NCBI GenBank assembly: GCA_003990765.1
Contig: RBNJ01000270.1
Location: 1-34,720, forward strand
Length of the DNA: 34,720 nt
Direction: 5' to 3'
From: Jimgerdemannia flammicorona
Lineage: Eukaryota
Position numbers and translations under genes: made by a program. Below, piece after piece: positions 9,557-21,102 of this stretch (the stretch's first letter is position 1; each line of letters starts with the position of its first letter). The notes beneath the pieces are model-generated. The model did not search any database. It had not been told where the DNA came from and was given only the letters and a program-made list of their open reading frames with translations.

Positions 9557-11605
9557 CTCTCTGGCAGAACCGGAGGTACCAGAAGGTGATGAAAATGCAA
9601 AACAAGAGCGATGGATTGAAGAAGAAATGGAAGGAAGACACGAATGAGCAATCAGAGGGCATCGGGAAAGAGATGAAAGTCCATGGCGTGAAAGAGAAGA
9701 GCGCAGGATGGTATCAGGGCATTGAGCAACCCAGCGAGTATGATCAAATGGTACGATAAGAATTGGGGGTGGGAAAGAAGAGGGGGTACGGAGAGGGTAA
9801 GGGGGGAGAGAGGGAAGGGAGGGGGGATAAAGAGGAGAGAGTAGGGTAGATCGAACAACAGATCATTCAACAGAAGCAAGTAGATCACGAACGATAGAAA
9901 TAGGGTAGGCATGATGATGGACCACGAAGTTGCCAAGAACCCGAACAGCAGACACCCAATAAGAACAACGGGAGCAGCATAATGCAAGACGATGAGCCTC
10001 ACCCCGAATACATTCAAGAAGAGTGCGACGAGGATGATTGGACAAGAAGTCAGGGAACTGTTGGGAATGGGGAAAACGAGAATAAACAACAGTTCGGAAA
10101 GGAGAAAGAGAAATGGAAAGGTCCAAAAAGGGAATACTAGTCATACCGCACACCCAGGTAATAGAATGGTGGGGAGGGTAGACATCCAGGAACACACTAG
10201 GGATATCAACACCAGCAACAGTGAAGACAATAAAGTCATCAATGTATTGGCAAAAGAAGATATCCCCAGCCCGGAACGTAATGGAAAGAGGTGAAGTAAT
10301 ATCACATAATGCACGCAGTTCATGGGCCAGGCCAACGAGGTTGGCAAGGGTGGGGGCACAATTCGTACCCATGGCAATACCAGAAGTCTGGTGAAAGGAG
10401 CCAAGGGCCGACTCAAAATAATTAGAGCCACAGACGAGGAGCGTAAGCTCAACAATAGAAGCCAGCGAAACCAGGGAATCCAAAGGAAAAACCAAGGAAC
10501 CCAAGAAGCGAAGACAATTATCGATCTCATCAAAACGAATAGCAGTATAGAAGGAAGAGAAGTCACCAGAGGCCAAATGGGAAAAGCGATGAACAGGCAC
10601 AATGGTGGAGCAGAGAAGGGCGAGCTCCTGAGTATCGTGAAGAATAGTATACTCAGGCCCAAGATGGTGTTGTAAGAGAGCCATCTAGGAGAGAAAGAAG
10701 TTGGATAACCACTTCGAAATCTCGGTGGTAGGAGAACTGTAAGCAGCCATAATAGGACGCCAAGCCAAAATAGGCTTGTGAACTTTAGGAAGAGCATAGA
10801 AAACTGGAAGAGAAATATCCGGGGAGGACAAAGAGTCCTGGAAGAAGTTAAAAATGGGGTTCACGAATGGGAAATCCGAAAGTGATCTAGCATGAGCCAG
10901 AGAAACCCGAAGAAGAGTGAGAACCTCATCCAATCCAAGAGCACTAGGCTCGTAAGCCATGGCTCGAAGGAGGGCAGAAAGGCCATCAAGGTAGAGCGAC
11001 TTAGGAATAAGTACAAAACCCTGATTCTTATCAGTGACTGTGAGCAGATACATAGGCAATTGCTTGACCGATTTAAGCATGGTATGCATGGCACGGTCCG
11101 AAACCAAGCAAGAGCGAGCTTGTATAGGAATGGACAGTGAGTAAGCCATGTCAAGGAATATGCAGTGTGAAGAGACATTGAGAGGGGGGACCCAATCACT
11201 AGGGACAAAGTAGCGGGAGGGCATCTCACCACGATCTTGAAAGAAAATGGCAAGGTCAAGAGCACGACAAAAATGTGTAAGATGAGCCAGATCAGTGAAG
11301 GAGAATTGTGAGGGAGTCGCAGGAAAAACAAAGTGAGGACCCAAGGATAAGGCAAAGACTTGAAGGGGAGAAAGGGGGCAGTTAGCCAAAGAAAAAGGAG
11401 GAGACAAAAGTGTTCCAAGAGAAGAGTAAACCCGAAAGTTCAGAACAAGCAACTGGGAAAGACGAAGGGGGGACAACATGAGGAACCACTCAGGGTGCAC
11501 CAGAAGCGACGACGGAATCTGAGAAGGGACGGGGACATCGGGGGAGAACCACGCCGGGGGGAAGTTTAAGAGTGGGAGGCCTTCCCCTTCCCTCTGACTT
11601 TTTTT
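9551..11605 (-). pseudogene. Family B PLE reverse transcriptase copy 1, with nonsense codons
   Basis: ORFs 10685-11635 and 9863-10684 are in one frame: TDKNQG, LPKVHK..WRPI, GDFSSFYT, GIAMGTNCAP, YIDD, SNHP. Confidence 0.9.
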
Positions 11606-12794
11606 GAAGGTGGCGAGCCCGACGAATGGGAGCACATCCCGTCAGAGTGCCAGACCTTGCAGCCACAGGCTTTCATGCAGCCCTTACATTCAGGGGCACA
11701 GGTGGAGGAGGCGGAGGAGGAACCAGCAGAGGAGGCCGAAGGTGAGCGAGCAGCTGGAGGGACAGCAGCACGAGGAACACCACCATGAGGACAGACGGAC
11801 TTGGCTGGGTGCCAGTAGGCACAGTGGAGGCAACCGGAGCAGACGCGCAAGGCCAGGCCCTGACAGGGCGAGAACCAAGTTGGCGGCCATACTTGGGGGC
11901 AGGGGGAACGGAGGAGGAAGCCTTGGCGGGGGAGGGGGACCAGGAAGAGGCCGATGAAGCCTGGTTGGGCTTGGTGGGGGTCTTGGTGGGGGTCTTGGAG
12001 AGGGCCTTGGCGGTGGCGGCAGTGAAGGAACGAACCTCAGCACGAGCAGCAGCACGAGCTTCGGCACGGATGGCCTCAGAGACTGAAACCTCGGGGGAGG
12101 TAGGCAGAGGAGCAGTGGCAGTGGCACGAGCAGCGGCGGCAGTACGTGATGACTCTTGCTCGTGAAGGTGAGTAATAAAAGAGGTGCCAGCGAGAAGGAA
12201 ACGATATACAGCGTTGATGTTGGCAGCGACAGAAGGAATGTCTTGGATGGTGAAGCTGCAGAAAGGGGCAGCATCCGAAAGGTGAGAGGAGGCGAAGGCC
12301 ACGAAAGCGGCACAGGCACGTTGGAAGGAGGTGGAAGCAGTGGCGGCGGAAGCAGTGGCAGCATCAGTGGTAGCATCAGTGGCAGCGAGCTTGGTGGTAG
12401 TAGTGGTGGCACGAACCTCTTTGGAGAGGGCTTGGCGGCGGGCCTCGGGGAGAACAGAGTAGCGGACAGCGGGTGGAGCGACGACATCGACATTACAGCG
12501 GAGATGAGCCTCCTTGGCGGAGAGGGCAAGAACCGACTGGAACTGAGAGAGGAGTGGATGACCAGAAGGACAAAGGTCCAGGGGAAGGGAAAGGATGGCA
12601 GAAGAGACATAGGTCTCGAAGGAGACAGTGGCGGGGGTGAAGGCAGGGGGAGGAGGAGGAGGAAGTACCTCATCCATGAGCTCGTCGATGAGGACGGAGG
12701 CCCCGAGGGCAGACAGTACAGCAGAGGAGAAAGAAGGCCCAGCAGGAGCCAAGGGAGCGAACCCAGAGCCAGTGTCAAAACGAACGGAAGACAT
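11566..12794 (-). pseudogene. Family B ORF1 copy 1, frameshifted before the zinc fingers
   Basis: N-terminal part of 11673-12794 plus 11566-11850 together match 17133-18350. Confidence 0.85.
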
Positions 12795-13044
12795 GTGGAA
12801 GAGTGTGTATAAGGGGGACGAATAAAGAATGTAACCGAAAATGCATCAGCTGTTTATTGCCACGTAAAAACACGGTCCTTATATACAAAATACGACGTCC
12901 CAAAAGGGAGAACGTGCCACAACTCGGGGCAAACCGAATTAGGAACCACATGACTGCCGGAGATAGGCGGAGATAAAGGGGGAGCCAATCCCAGTTGCAG
13001 GATAAAAATCACAAACAAACACAAACAAAACAAATCCAAATCAA

Positions 13045-13225
13045 GATTAAAAAACATTCTTGCCCCCTCCGAGGTCTTGCGCTCACTCCGGGGTCTCGGC
13101 CTTACTCTGCTCCCCTCCGCTGCCTTCGGCTCCTTGCTTCGCTCGGGCTCGCTGCGGCTCGCTCCATTTCGGCCTCACCCCTCACTTGCGCTCACCCCTC
13201 TGGGGTCTGCAGATGTTTTTTAATC
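13045..13225 (+). other. Family B GC module at the centre of the palindrome
   Basis: Matches 16702-16882; symmetric arms start at the GATTAAAAAACAT / ATGTTTTTTAATC repeat. Confidence 0.9.
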
Positions 13226-13475
13226 TCGATTTGGATTTGTTTTGTTTGTGTTTGTTTGTGATTTTTATCCTGCAACTGGGATTGGCTCTCCCTTTATCTC
13301 CGCCTATCTCCGGCAGTCATGTGGTTCCTAATTCGGTTCGCCCCGAGTTGTGGCACGTCCTCCCTTTTGGGACGTCATATTTTGTATATAAGGACCACGT
13401 TTTTACGTGGCAATAAACGGCTGATGCATTTTCGGTTACGTTCTTTATTCGTCCCCCTTATACACGCTCTTCCAC

Positions 13476-14692
13476 ATGTCTTCCATTCGTTTTGACACTG
13501 GCTCTGGGTTTGCTCCCTTGGCTCCTGCTGGGCCTTTTTCCTCCTCTGCTGTACCACCTGCCCTCGGGGCCTCCGTCCTCGTCGACGAGCTCATGGATGA
13601 GATACTTCCTCCTCCTCCTCCCCCTGCCTTCACCCCCGCCACTGTCTCCTTCGAGACCTACGTCTCTTCTGCCATCCTTTCCCTCCCCCTGGACCTTCAT
13701 CCTTCTGGTCGTCCGCTCCTCTCTCAGTTCCGGTCGGTTCTTGCCCTCTCCGCCAAGGAGGCTCATCTCCACCATGATGTCGACGTCGTCGCTCCGCCCA
13801 CCATCTGCTACTCTATTCTCCCCGAGGCCCGCTGCCAAGCCCTCTCTGAAGAGGTTTGTGCTGCCACTACTGCCACCAAGCTTGCTGCCGCTGATGCTGC
13901 TGCTGCTTTCGCCGCCACTGCTTCTGCCTCCTTCCAACATACCTGTGCCGCTTTCGTGGCCTTCGCCTCCTCTCGCCTTTCGGATGCTGCCCCTTTCTGT
14001 GGCTTCGCCATCTAAGACATTCCTTCTGTCGCTGCTGACATTGACGCTGTACATCGTTTCCTCCTCACCAGCACCTCTTTTGTTGCTTGCCTTTATGAGC
14101 AGGAGTCATCACATGCTGCCGCCGCTGCTCATGCCGCTGCCACTGCTCCTCTGCCTATCTCCCCCGAGGTTTCGGTCTCCGAGGCCATCCGTGCTGAAGC
14201 TTGTGCTGCTGCTTGTGCTGAGGTTCATTCCTTCGCTGCTGCCGCTGCCAAGGCCCCCTCCAAGACCCCCGCCAAGACCCCCGCCAAGCCCAATCAGGCT
14301 TCGTCGGCCTCTTCCTGATCCCCCTCCCCCACCAAGGCTTCCTTCTCCATTCCCCCTGCCCCAAGCATGGCCGCCAACTTGGTTCTCGCCCTGTCGGGGC
14401 CTGGCCTTGCGCTGTCTGCTCCGGTTGCCTCCATCGTGCCTACTGGCACCCAGCCAAGTCCGTCTGTCCTTATGGTGGTGTTCCTCACGCTGCTGCCCCT
14501 CCAGCTGCTCACTCGCCTTCGGCCTCCTCTGCCGGTTCCTCCTCCGCCTCCTCCATCCGTGCCCCTGAATGTAAGGGCTGCACGAAAGCCTGTGGCTGCA
14601 AGGTCTGGCACTCTGATGGGGTGTGCTCCCATTCGTCGGGCTCGCCACCTTCAAAAAAAGTCAGAGGGAAGGGGAAGGCCTCCCGCTCTTAA
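13476..14692 (+). pseudogene. Family B ORF1 copy 2 (stops and a frameshift)
   Basis: MSSIRFDTGSG start; CAA has become TAA at 14013-14015; matches copy 3. Confidence 0.85.
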
Positions 14693-16707
14693 ACTTCCCC
14701 CCGGCGTGGTTCTCCCCCAGTGTCCCCATCCCTTCTCGGATTCCGTCGTCGCTTCTGGTGTGCCCTGAGTGGTTCCTCATGTTGTCCCCCCTTCGCCTTT
14801 CCCAGTTGCTTGTCCCGAACTTTCGGGTTTACTCTTCTCTTGGAACACTTTTGTCTCTTCCTTTTTCTTTGGCTGACTGCCCTCTTTCTCCCCTTCAAGT
14901 CTTTGCCTTATTCTTGGGTCCTCGCTTTGTTTTTCCTGCGACTCCCTCACAATTCTCCTTCACTGATCCGGCTCGTCTTATACGTTTTCGTCGTGCTCTT
15001 GACCTTGCCATTTTCTTTCAAGATCGTGGTGAGATGCCCTCCTGCTACTTTGTCTCTAGCAATTGGGTCCCTCCTCCCAATGTCTCTTCACACTGCGTAT
15101 TCCTCGACATGGCTTGCTCACTGTCCGTTCCTGGATGAGCTCACTCTTGCTTGGTTTCGGACCATGCTGTGCGTACCGCACTTAAATCGGTCAAGCAATT
15201 GCCTATGCACCTACTCACAGTCACTGATAAGAATCAGGGTTTTGCACTTATTCCTAAGTCGCTCTACCTTGATGGCCTTTCTGCCCTCCTTTGAGCCACG
15301 GCTTACGAGCCTAGTGCTCTTGGATTGGATGAGGTTCTCACTCTTCTTCGGGTTTCTCTGGCTCATGCTAGATCGCTTTCGGATTCCCCGTTCGCGAACC
15401 CCATTTTTAACTTCTTCCAGAACTCTTTGTCCTCCCCGGATGTTTCTCTTCCAGTTTTCTATGCTCTTCCTAAAGTTCACAAGCCTATTCTGGCTTGGCG
15501 TCCTATTACAGCTGCTTACAGTTCTCCTACCACCAAGATTTCGAAGTGGTTATCCTGCTTCTTTCTCTCCTGGATGGCTCTCTTACAACACCGTCTTGGG
15601 CCTGAGTATACTATTCTTCGCGATACTCAGGAGCTCGCCCTTCTCTGCTCCACCATTGTGCCTGTTCATCGCTTTTCCCATTTGGCCTCTGGTGACTTCT
15701 CTTCCTTCTATACTGCTATTCGTTTTGATGAGATCGATGATTGCCTTCGCTTCTTGGGTTCCTTGGTTTTTCCTTTGGATTCCCTGGTTTCGCTGGCTTC
15801 TATTGTTGAGCTTACGCTCCTTGTCTGCGGCTCTAATTATTTTGAGTCGGCCCTTGGCTCCTTTTACCAGACTTCTGGTATTGCCATGGGTACGAATTGT
15901 GCCCCCACTCTTGCCAACCTCGTTGGCCTGGCCCATGAACTGCGTGTGTTACGTGATATTACTTCACCTCTTTCCATTGCGTTCCGGGCTGGGGATATCT
16001 TCTTTCGCCGATACATTGATGACTTTATTATCTTCACTGTTGCTGGTATTGATATCCCTAGTGTGTTCCTGGGCGTCTACCCTCCCCACCATTCTATTAC
16101 CTGGGTGTGCGGTATGACTAGTATTCCCTTTTTGGACCTTTCCATTTCCCTTTCTTCTTTCCAAACTGTTGTTTATTCTCGTTTTCCCCGTTCCCAACAG
16201 TTCCCTGACTTCTTGTCCAATCATCCTCGTTGCACTCTTCTTGAATGTGTTCGGGGTGAGGCTCATCGTCTTGTATTATACTGCTCCTGTCGTTCTGATT
16301 GGGTGTCTGCTGTTTGGGTTCTTGGCAACTTCGTGGTCCATTGTCGTGCCTACCCTATTTCTATTGTTCGTGATCTGCTTGCTTCTGTTGAATGGTCTGT
16401 TGTTTGATCTACCCTACTCTCTCCTCTTTATCCCCCCTCCCTTCCCTCTCTCCCCCCTTACCCTCTCCGTACCCCCTCTTCTTTCCCACCCCCGATTCTT
16501 GTCATACCATTTGATCATGCTTGCTGGGTTGCTCAATGCCCTGATACCGTCCTGCGCTCTTCTCTTTCATGCCATGGACTTTTATCTCTTTCCCAATGCC
16601 CTCTGATTGCTCGTTCGCATCTTCCTTCCATTTCTTCTTCAATCCATCGCTCTCGTTTTGCGTTTTCATCACCTTCTGGTGCCTCCAGTTCTGCCGGAGA
16701 GGATTAA
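14653..16707 (+). pseudogene. Family B PLE reverse transcriptase copy 2, several CGA-to-TGA stops
   Basis: ORFs 14623-15138 and 15325-16407 are in one frame with RRYIDD; the natural TAA lies inside the module inverted repeat. Confidence 0.9.
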
Positions 16708-16882
16708 AAAACATCCTTGCCCCCTCCGGGGTCTCGCGCTCGCTCCGGGGTCTCAGCCTTACTCTGCTCCCCTCTGCTGCCTTCGGCCCCTCGCTTCACT
16801 CGGGCTCGCTGTGGCTCACTCCGTTTCGGCCTCACCCCTCGCTCACGCTCACCCCTCCAGGGTCTGCAGATGTTTTTTAATC
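16702..16882 (+). other. Family B GC module between tandem copies
   Basis: GATTAAAAAACATC...GATGTTTTTTAATC; internal repeat CCCCTCCGGGGTCT. Confidence 0.85.
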
Positions 16883-17132
16883 TCGATTTGGATTTGTTTT
16901 GTTTGTGTTTGTTTGTGATTTTTATCCTGCAACTGGGATTGGCTCCCCCTTTATCTCTGCCTATCTCCGGCGGTCATGTGGTTCCTAATTCGGTTCGCTC
17001 CGAGTTGTGGCACATCCTCCCTTTTGGGATGTCATATTTTGTATATAAGGACCACGTTTTTACGTGGCAATAAATGGCTGATGCATTTTCGGTTACGTTC
17101 TTTGTTTGTCCCCCTTATACATGCTCTTCCAC

Positions 17133-18350
17133 ATGTCTTCCGTTCGTTTTGATACTGGCTCTGGGTTCGCTCCCTTGGCTCCCGCTGGGCCTTCTTCCTC
17201 CTCTGCTGTACCGCCTGCCCTTGGGGTCTCCGTCCTCATCGACAAGCTCATGGATGAGGTACTTCCTCCTCCTCCTCCCCCTGCCTTCACCCCTGCCACT
17301 GTCTCCTTCGAGACCTACATCTCTTCTGCCATCCTTTCCCTCCCCCTGGACCTTCGTCCTTCTGGTCGTCCGCTCCTCTCTCAGTTTCAGTCGGTTCTTG
17401 CCCTCTCCGCCAAGGAGGCTCATCTCCGCTGTGATGTTGACATCATCGCTCCGCCCACTGTCCGCTACTCTGTTCTCCCCGAGGCCCGCCGCCAAGCCCT
17501 CTCCGAAGAGGTTCGTGCCGCCACTGCCACCACCAAGCTCGCTGCCGCTGATGCTGCCACTGCTTCCACCGCCACCGCTTCCGCCTCCTTCCAACGTGCC
17601 TGTGCCGCTTTCGTGGCCTTTGCCTCCTCTCGTCTTTTGGATGCTGCCCCTTTCTGCGGCTTCGCCATCCAAGATGTTCCTTCTATCGCTGCTGACATTG
17701 ACGCTGTATGTCGTTTCCTCCTTGCCGGCACCTCTTTTGTTGCTCGCCTTCACAAGCAGGAGTCATCACGTGCTGCCGCCGCTGCTTGTGCCACTGCCAC
17801 TGCTCCTCTGCCTACCTCCCCCGAGGTTTCGGTCTCCGAGGCCATCTGTGCCGAAGCTCGTGCTGCTGCTTGTGCTGAGGTTCATTCCTTCGCTGCCGCC
17901 GCTGCCAAGGCCCCCTCCAAGACCCCTGCCAAGACCCCTGCCAAGCCCAACCAGACTTCGTTGGCCTCTTCCCGGTCCCCCTCCCCCACCAAGGCTTTCT
18001 CCTCCATTCCCCCTGCCTCCAAGCGTAGCTGCCAACTTGGTTCTCACCCTGTCGGGGCCTGGCCTTGCGCTGTCTGCTCCAGTCACCTCCACTATACCTA
18101 CTGGCACCCGGCCAAGTCCGTCTGTCCTCATGGTGGTGTTCCTCGCACTACTGTCCCTCTAGCTGCTCGCTCGCCTTCGGCCTCCTCTGCCAGTTCCTGC
18201 TCCGCCTCCTCCACCTGTGCCCCTGAATGTAAGGGCTGCACGAAAGCCTGTGGCCATAAGGTCTGGCACTCTGATGGGGTGTGCTCCCATTCATCGGGCT
18301 CGCCACCTTCAAAAAAAGTCAGAGGAAAGGGGAAGGCCTCCTGCTCTTAA
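17133..18350 (+). CDS. Family B ORF1 copy 3, 405 aa, Ala-rich with two CCHC-type zinc fingers
   Basis: Open frame; CAVC-x9-H-x5-C and CKGC-x9-H-x4-C, each with WH. Confidence 0.85.
   Translation: MSSVRFDTGSGFAPLAPAGPSSSSAVPPALGVSVLIDKLMDEVLPPPPPPAFTPATVSFETYISSAILSLPLDLRPSGRPLLSQFQSVLALSAKEAHLRCDVDIIAPPTVRYSVLPEARRQALSEEVRAATATTKLAAADAATASTATASASFQRACAAFVAFASSRLLDAAPFCGFAIQDVPSIAADIDAVCRFLLAGTSFVARLHKQESSRAAAAACATATAPLPTSPEVSVSEAICAEARAAACAEVHSFAAAAAKAPSKTPAKTPAKPNQTSLASSRSPSPTKAFSSIPPASKRSCQLGSHPVGAWPCAVCSSHLHYTYWHPAKSVCPHGGVPRTTVPLAARSPSASSASSCSASSTCAPECKGCTKACGHKVWHSDGVCSHSSGSPPSKKVRGKGKASCS
18311..18317 (+). promoter_or_regulatory. Putative -1 frameshift heptamer A AAA AAA (also 14653-14659 and 11599-11605 minus)
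   Basis: ORF1 reads tcA AAA AAA gtc while the RT frame is -1; a possible pseudoknot follows. Confidence 0.65.
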
Positions 18351-20365
18351 ACTTCCCCCCAGCGTGGTTCTCCCCCAGTGTCCCCGTCCCTTCTCGGATT
18401 CCGTCGTCGCTTCTGGTGCGCCCTGAGTGGTTCCTCATGTTGTCCCCCCTTCACCTTTCCCAGTTGCTTGTCCCGAACTTTCAGGTTTACTCTTCTCTTG
18501 GAACACTTTTATCTCCTCCTTTTTCTTCGGCTGACTGTCCCCTTTCTCCCCTTCAAGTCTTTGCCTTATTCTTGGGTCCTCACTTTGTTTTTCCTGCGAC
18601 TCCCTCACAATTCTCCTTCACTGATCCGGCTCATCTTACACATTTTCGTCGTGCTCTTGACCTTGCCATTTTCTTTCAAGATCGTAGTGAGATGCCCTCC
18701 TGCTACTTTGTCCCTAGCAATTGGGTCTCCCCTCCCAATGTCTCTTCACACTGCGTATTCCTTGACATGGCTTGCTCACTGTCCGTTCCTGGACAAGCTC
18801 GCTCTTGCTTGGTTTCGGACTGTGCCATGCATACCACACTTAAATCGGTCAAGCAATTGCCTATGCACCTGCTCACAGTCACTGATAAGAATCAGAGTTT
18901 TGCACTTATTCCTAAGTCGCTCTACCTTGATGGCCTTTCTGCCCTCCTTCAAGCCATGGCTTACGAGCCTAGTGCTCTTGGATTGGATGAGGTTCTCACT
19001 CTTCTTCGGATTTCTCTGGCTCATGCTAGATTGCTTTCGGATTCCCCATTCGCGAACCCCATTTTTAACTTCTTCCAGGACTCTTTGTCCTCCCCGGATA
19101 TTTCTCTTCTGGTTTTCTATGCTCTTCCTAAAGTTCACAAGCCTATTTTGGCTTGGCGTCCTATTATGGCTGCTTACAGTTCTCCTACCACCGAGATTTC
19201 GAAATGGTTATCCTGCTTCTTTCTCTCCTGGATGGCTCTCTTACAACACCATCTTGGGCCTGAGTATACTATTCTTCGCGATACTCAGGAGCTCACCCTT
19301 CTCTGCTCCACCATTGTGCCTGTTCATCACTTTTCCCATTTGGCCTCTGGTGACTTCTCTTCCTTCTATACTGCTATTCGTTTTGATGAGATCGATGATT
19401 GCCTTCGCTTCTTGGGTTCCTTGGTTTTTCCTTTAGATTCCCTGGTTTCGCTGGCTTCTATTGTTGAGCTTACGCTCCTCATCTGCAGCTCTAATTATTT
19501 TGAGTTGGCCCTTGGCTCCTTTCACCAGACTTCTGGTATTGCCATGGGTATGAATTGTGCCCCCACCCTTGCCAACCTCGTTGGCCTGGCCCATGAACTA
19601 CATGCATTACATGATATTACTTCACCTCTTTCCATTGCTTTCCGGGCTGGGGATATCTTCTTTCACTGATACATTGATGACTTTATTGTCTTCGCTGTTG
19701 CTGGTGTTGATATCCCTAGTGTGTTCCTGGGCGTCTATCCTCCCCACCATTCTATTATCTGGGTGTGCGGTACGACTAGTATTCCCTTTTTGGACCTTTC
19801 CATTTCTCTTTCTCCTTTCCGAACTGTTGTTTATTCTTGTTTTCTCCATTCCCAACAGTTCCCTGACTTCTTGTCCAATCATCCTCATCGCACTCTTCTT
19901 GAATATGTTTGGGGTGAGGCTCGTCGTCTTGCATTATGCTGCTCCCATCGTTCTGATTGGGTGTCTGCTGTTCGGGTTCTTGGCAAATTCGTGGTCCATC
20001 GTCGTGCCTACCCTATTTCTATCGTTCGTGATCTGCTTGCTTCTGTTGAATTGTCTGTTGTTCGATCTACCCTACTCTCTCCTCTTTATCCCCCCTCCCT
20101 TCCCTCTCTCCCCCCTTACTCTCTCCATACCCTCTCTTCTTTCCCACCCCCGATTCTTGTCATACCATTTGATCATGCTCGCTGGGTTGCTCAACGCCCT
20201 GATACTGTCCTGCACTCTTCTCTTTCACGCCATGGACTTTCATCTCTTTCCTGACGCCCTCTGATTGCTCGTTTGCATCTTCCTTCCATTTCTTCTTCAA
20301 TCCATCGCTCTCGTTTTGCGTTTTTGTCACCTTCTGGTACCTCCAGTTCTGCTGGAGAGGATTAA
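18311..20365 (+). pseudogene. Family B PLE reverse transcriptase copy 3, two CGA-to-TGA stops
   Basis: ORFs 18281-19669 and 19721-20254 are in one frame; the first stop falls immediately before YIDD. Confidence 0.9.
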
Positions 20366-20860
20366 AAAACATCCTTGCCCCCTCCAGGGTCTCATGCTCA
20401 CTCCAGGGTCTCGGCCTTACTCTGCTCCCCTCCGCTGCCTTCGGCCCCTCGCTTCGCTCAGGCTCGCTGTGGCTCGCTCTGTTTCGGCCTCACCCCTCGC
20501 TCGTGCTCACCCCTCCAGGGTCTGCAGATGTTTTTTAATCTTGATTTGGATTTGTTTTGTTTGTGTTTGTTTGTGATTTTTATCCTGCAACTGGGATTGG
20601 CTCACCCTTTATCTCCGCCTATCTCCGGCGGTCATGTGGTTTCTAATTCGGTTCACCCCGAGTTGTGGCGCATCCTCCCTTTTAGGACGTCATATTTTGT
20701 ATATAAGGACCGCATTTTTACATGGCAATAAATGGCTGATGCATTTTTGGTTATGTTCTTTGTTTGTCCCCCTTATACACACTCTTCCACATGTCTTCCA
20801 TTCATTTTGACACTGGCTCTGGGTTCGCTTCCTTGGCTCCCGCTGGGCCTTCTTCCTCCT
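20360..20860 (+). repeat. Family B terminal GC module, terminal repeat and first ~70 nt of ORF1
   Basis: Repeat of 16702-17202; similarity stops at CTTCTTCCTCCT. Confidence 0.88.
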
Positions 20861-21102
20861 TGACTTCATTACTTATTTCTTCTTATATTTCAGTATAATT
20901 AGTAGTTTTTCTTTCTTTAGTATTTCTCTATTAGTTTTGAATTGTTTTTAGATTCTGTTAATAATTATTTATATTTATTCTTTTAGATATTAGAGTATCT
21001 TTCACTATCTCAGATAGATGATAACTCTATAGTAAAGTTTCTTATCTCCTTTATTAGTTATGAGTCTTTTGAGATATCTATTAGAATGTATCTATATTGG
21101 CA

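Larger units (their letters stand above)
9055..20860. mobile_element. Family B endonuclease-less Penelope-like retroelement array: one inverted and two tandem copies
   Basis: 9055-13044 is the near reverse complement of 13226-~17203; tandem period 3657-3658 bp (module starts at 13045, 16702, 20360); PLE RT motifs. Confidence 0.9.

Noticed and set aside
14720..16117. Long alternative-frame ORFs in family B (465 aa here; also 13492-14568, 17074-18162, 18378-19436)
   Set aside because: They overlap ORF1 or RT, are low-complexity Leu/Pro/Phe-rich, and are explained by the A-poor strand lacking stops.
9..17203. Palindromes as sequencing or assembly fold-back artefacts
   Set aside because: Arms differ by many independent transitions and both turn at homologous modules; read-level confirmation is still advisable.
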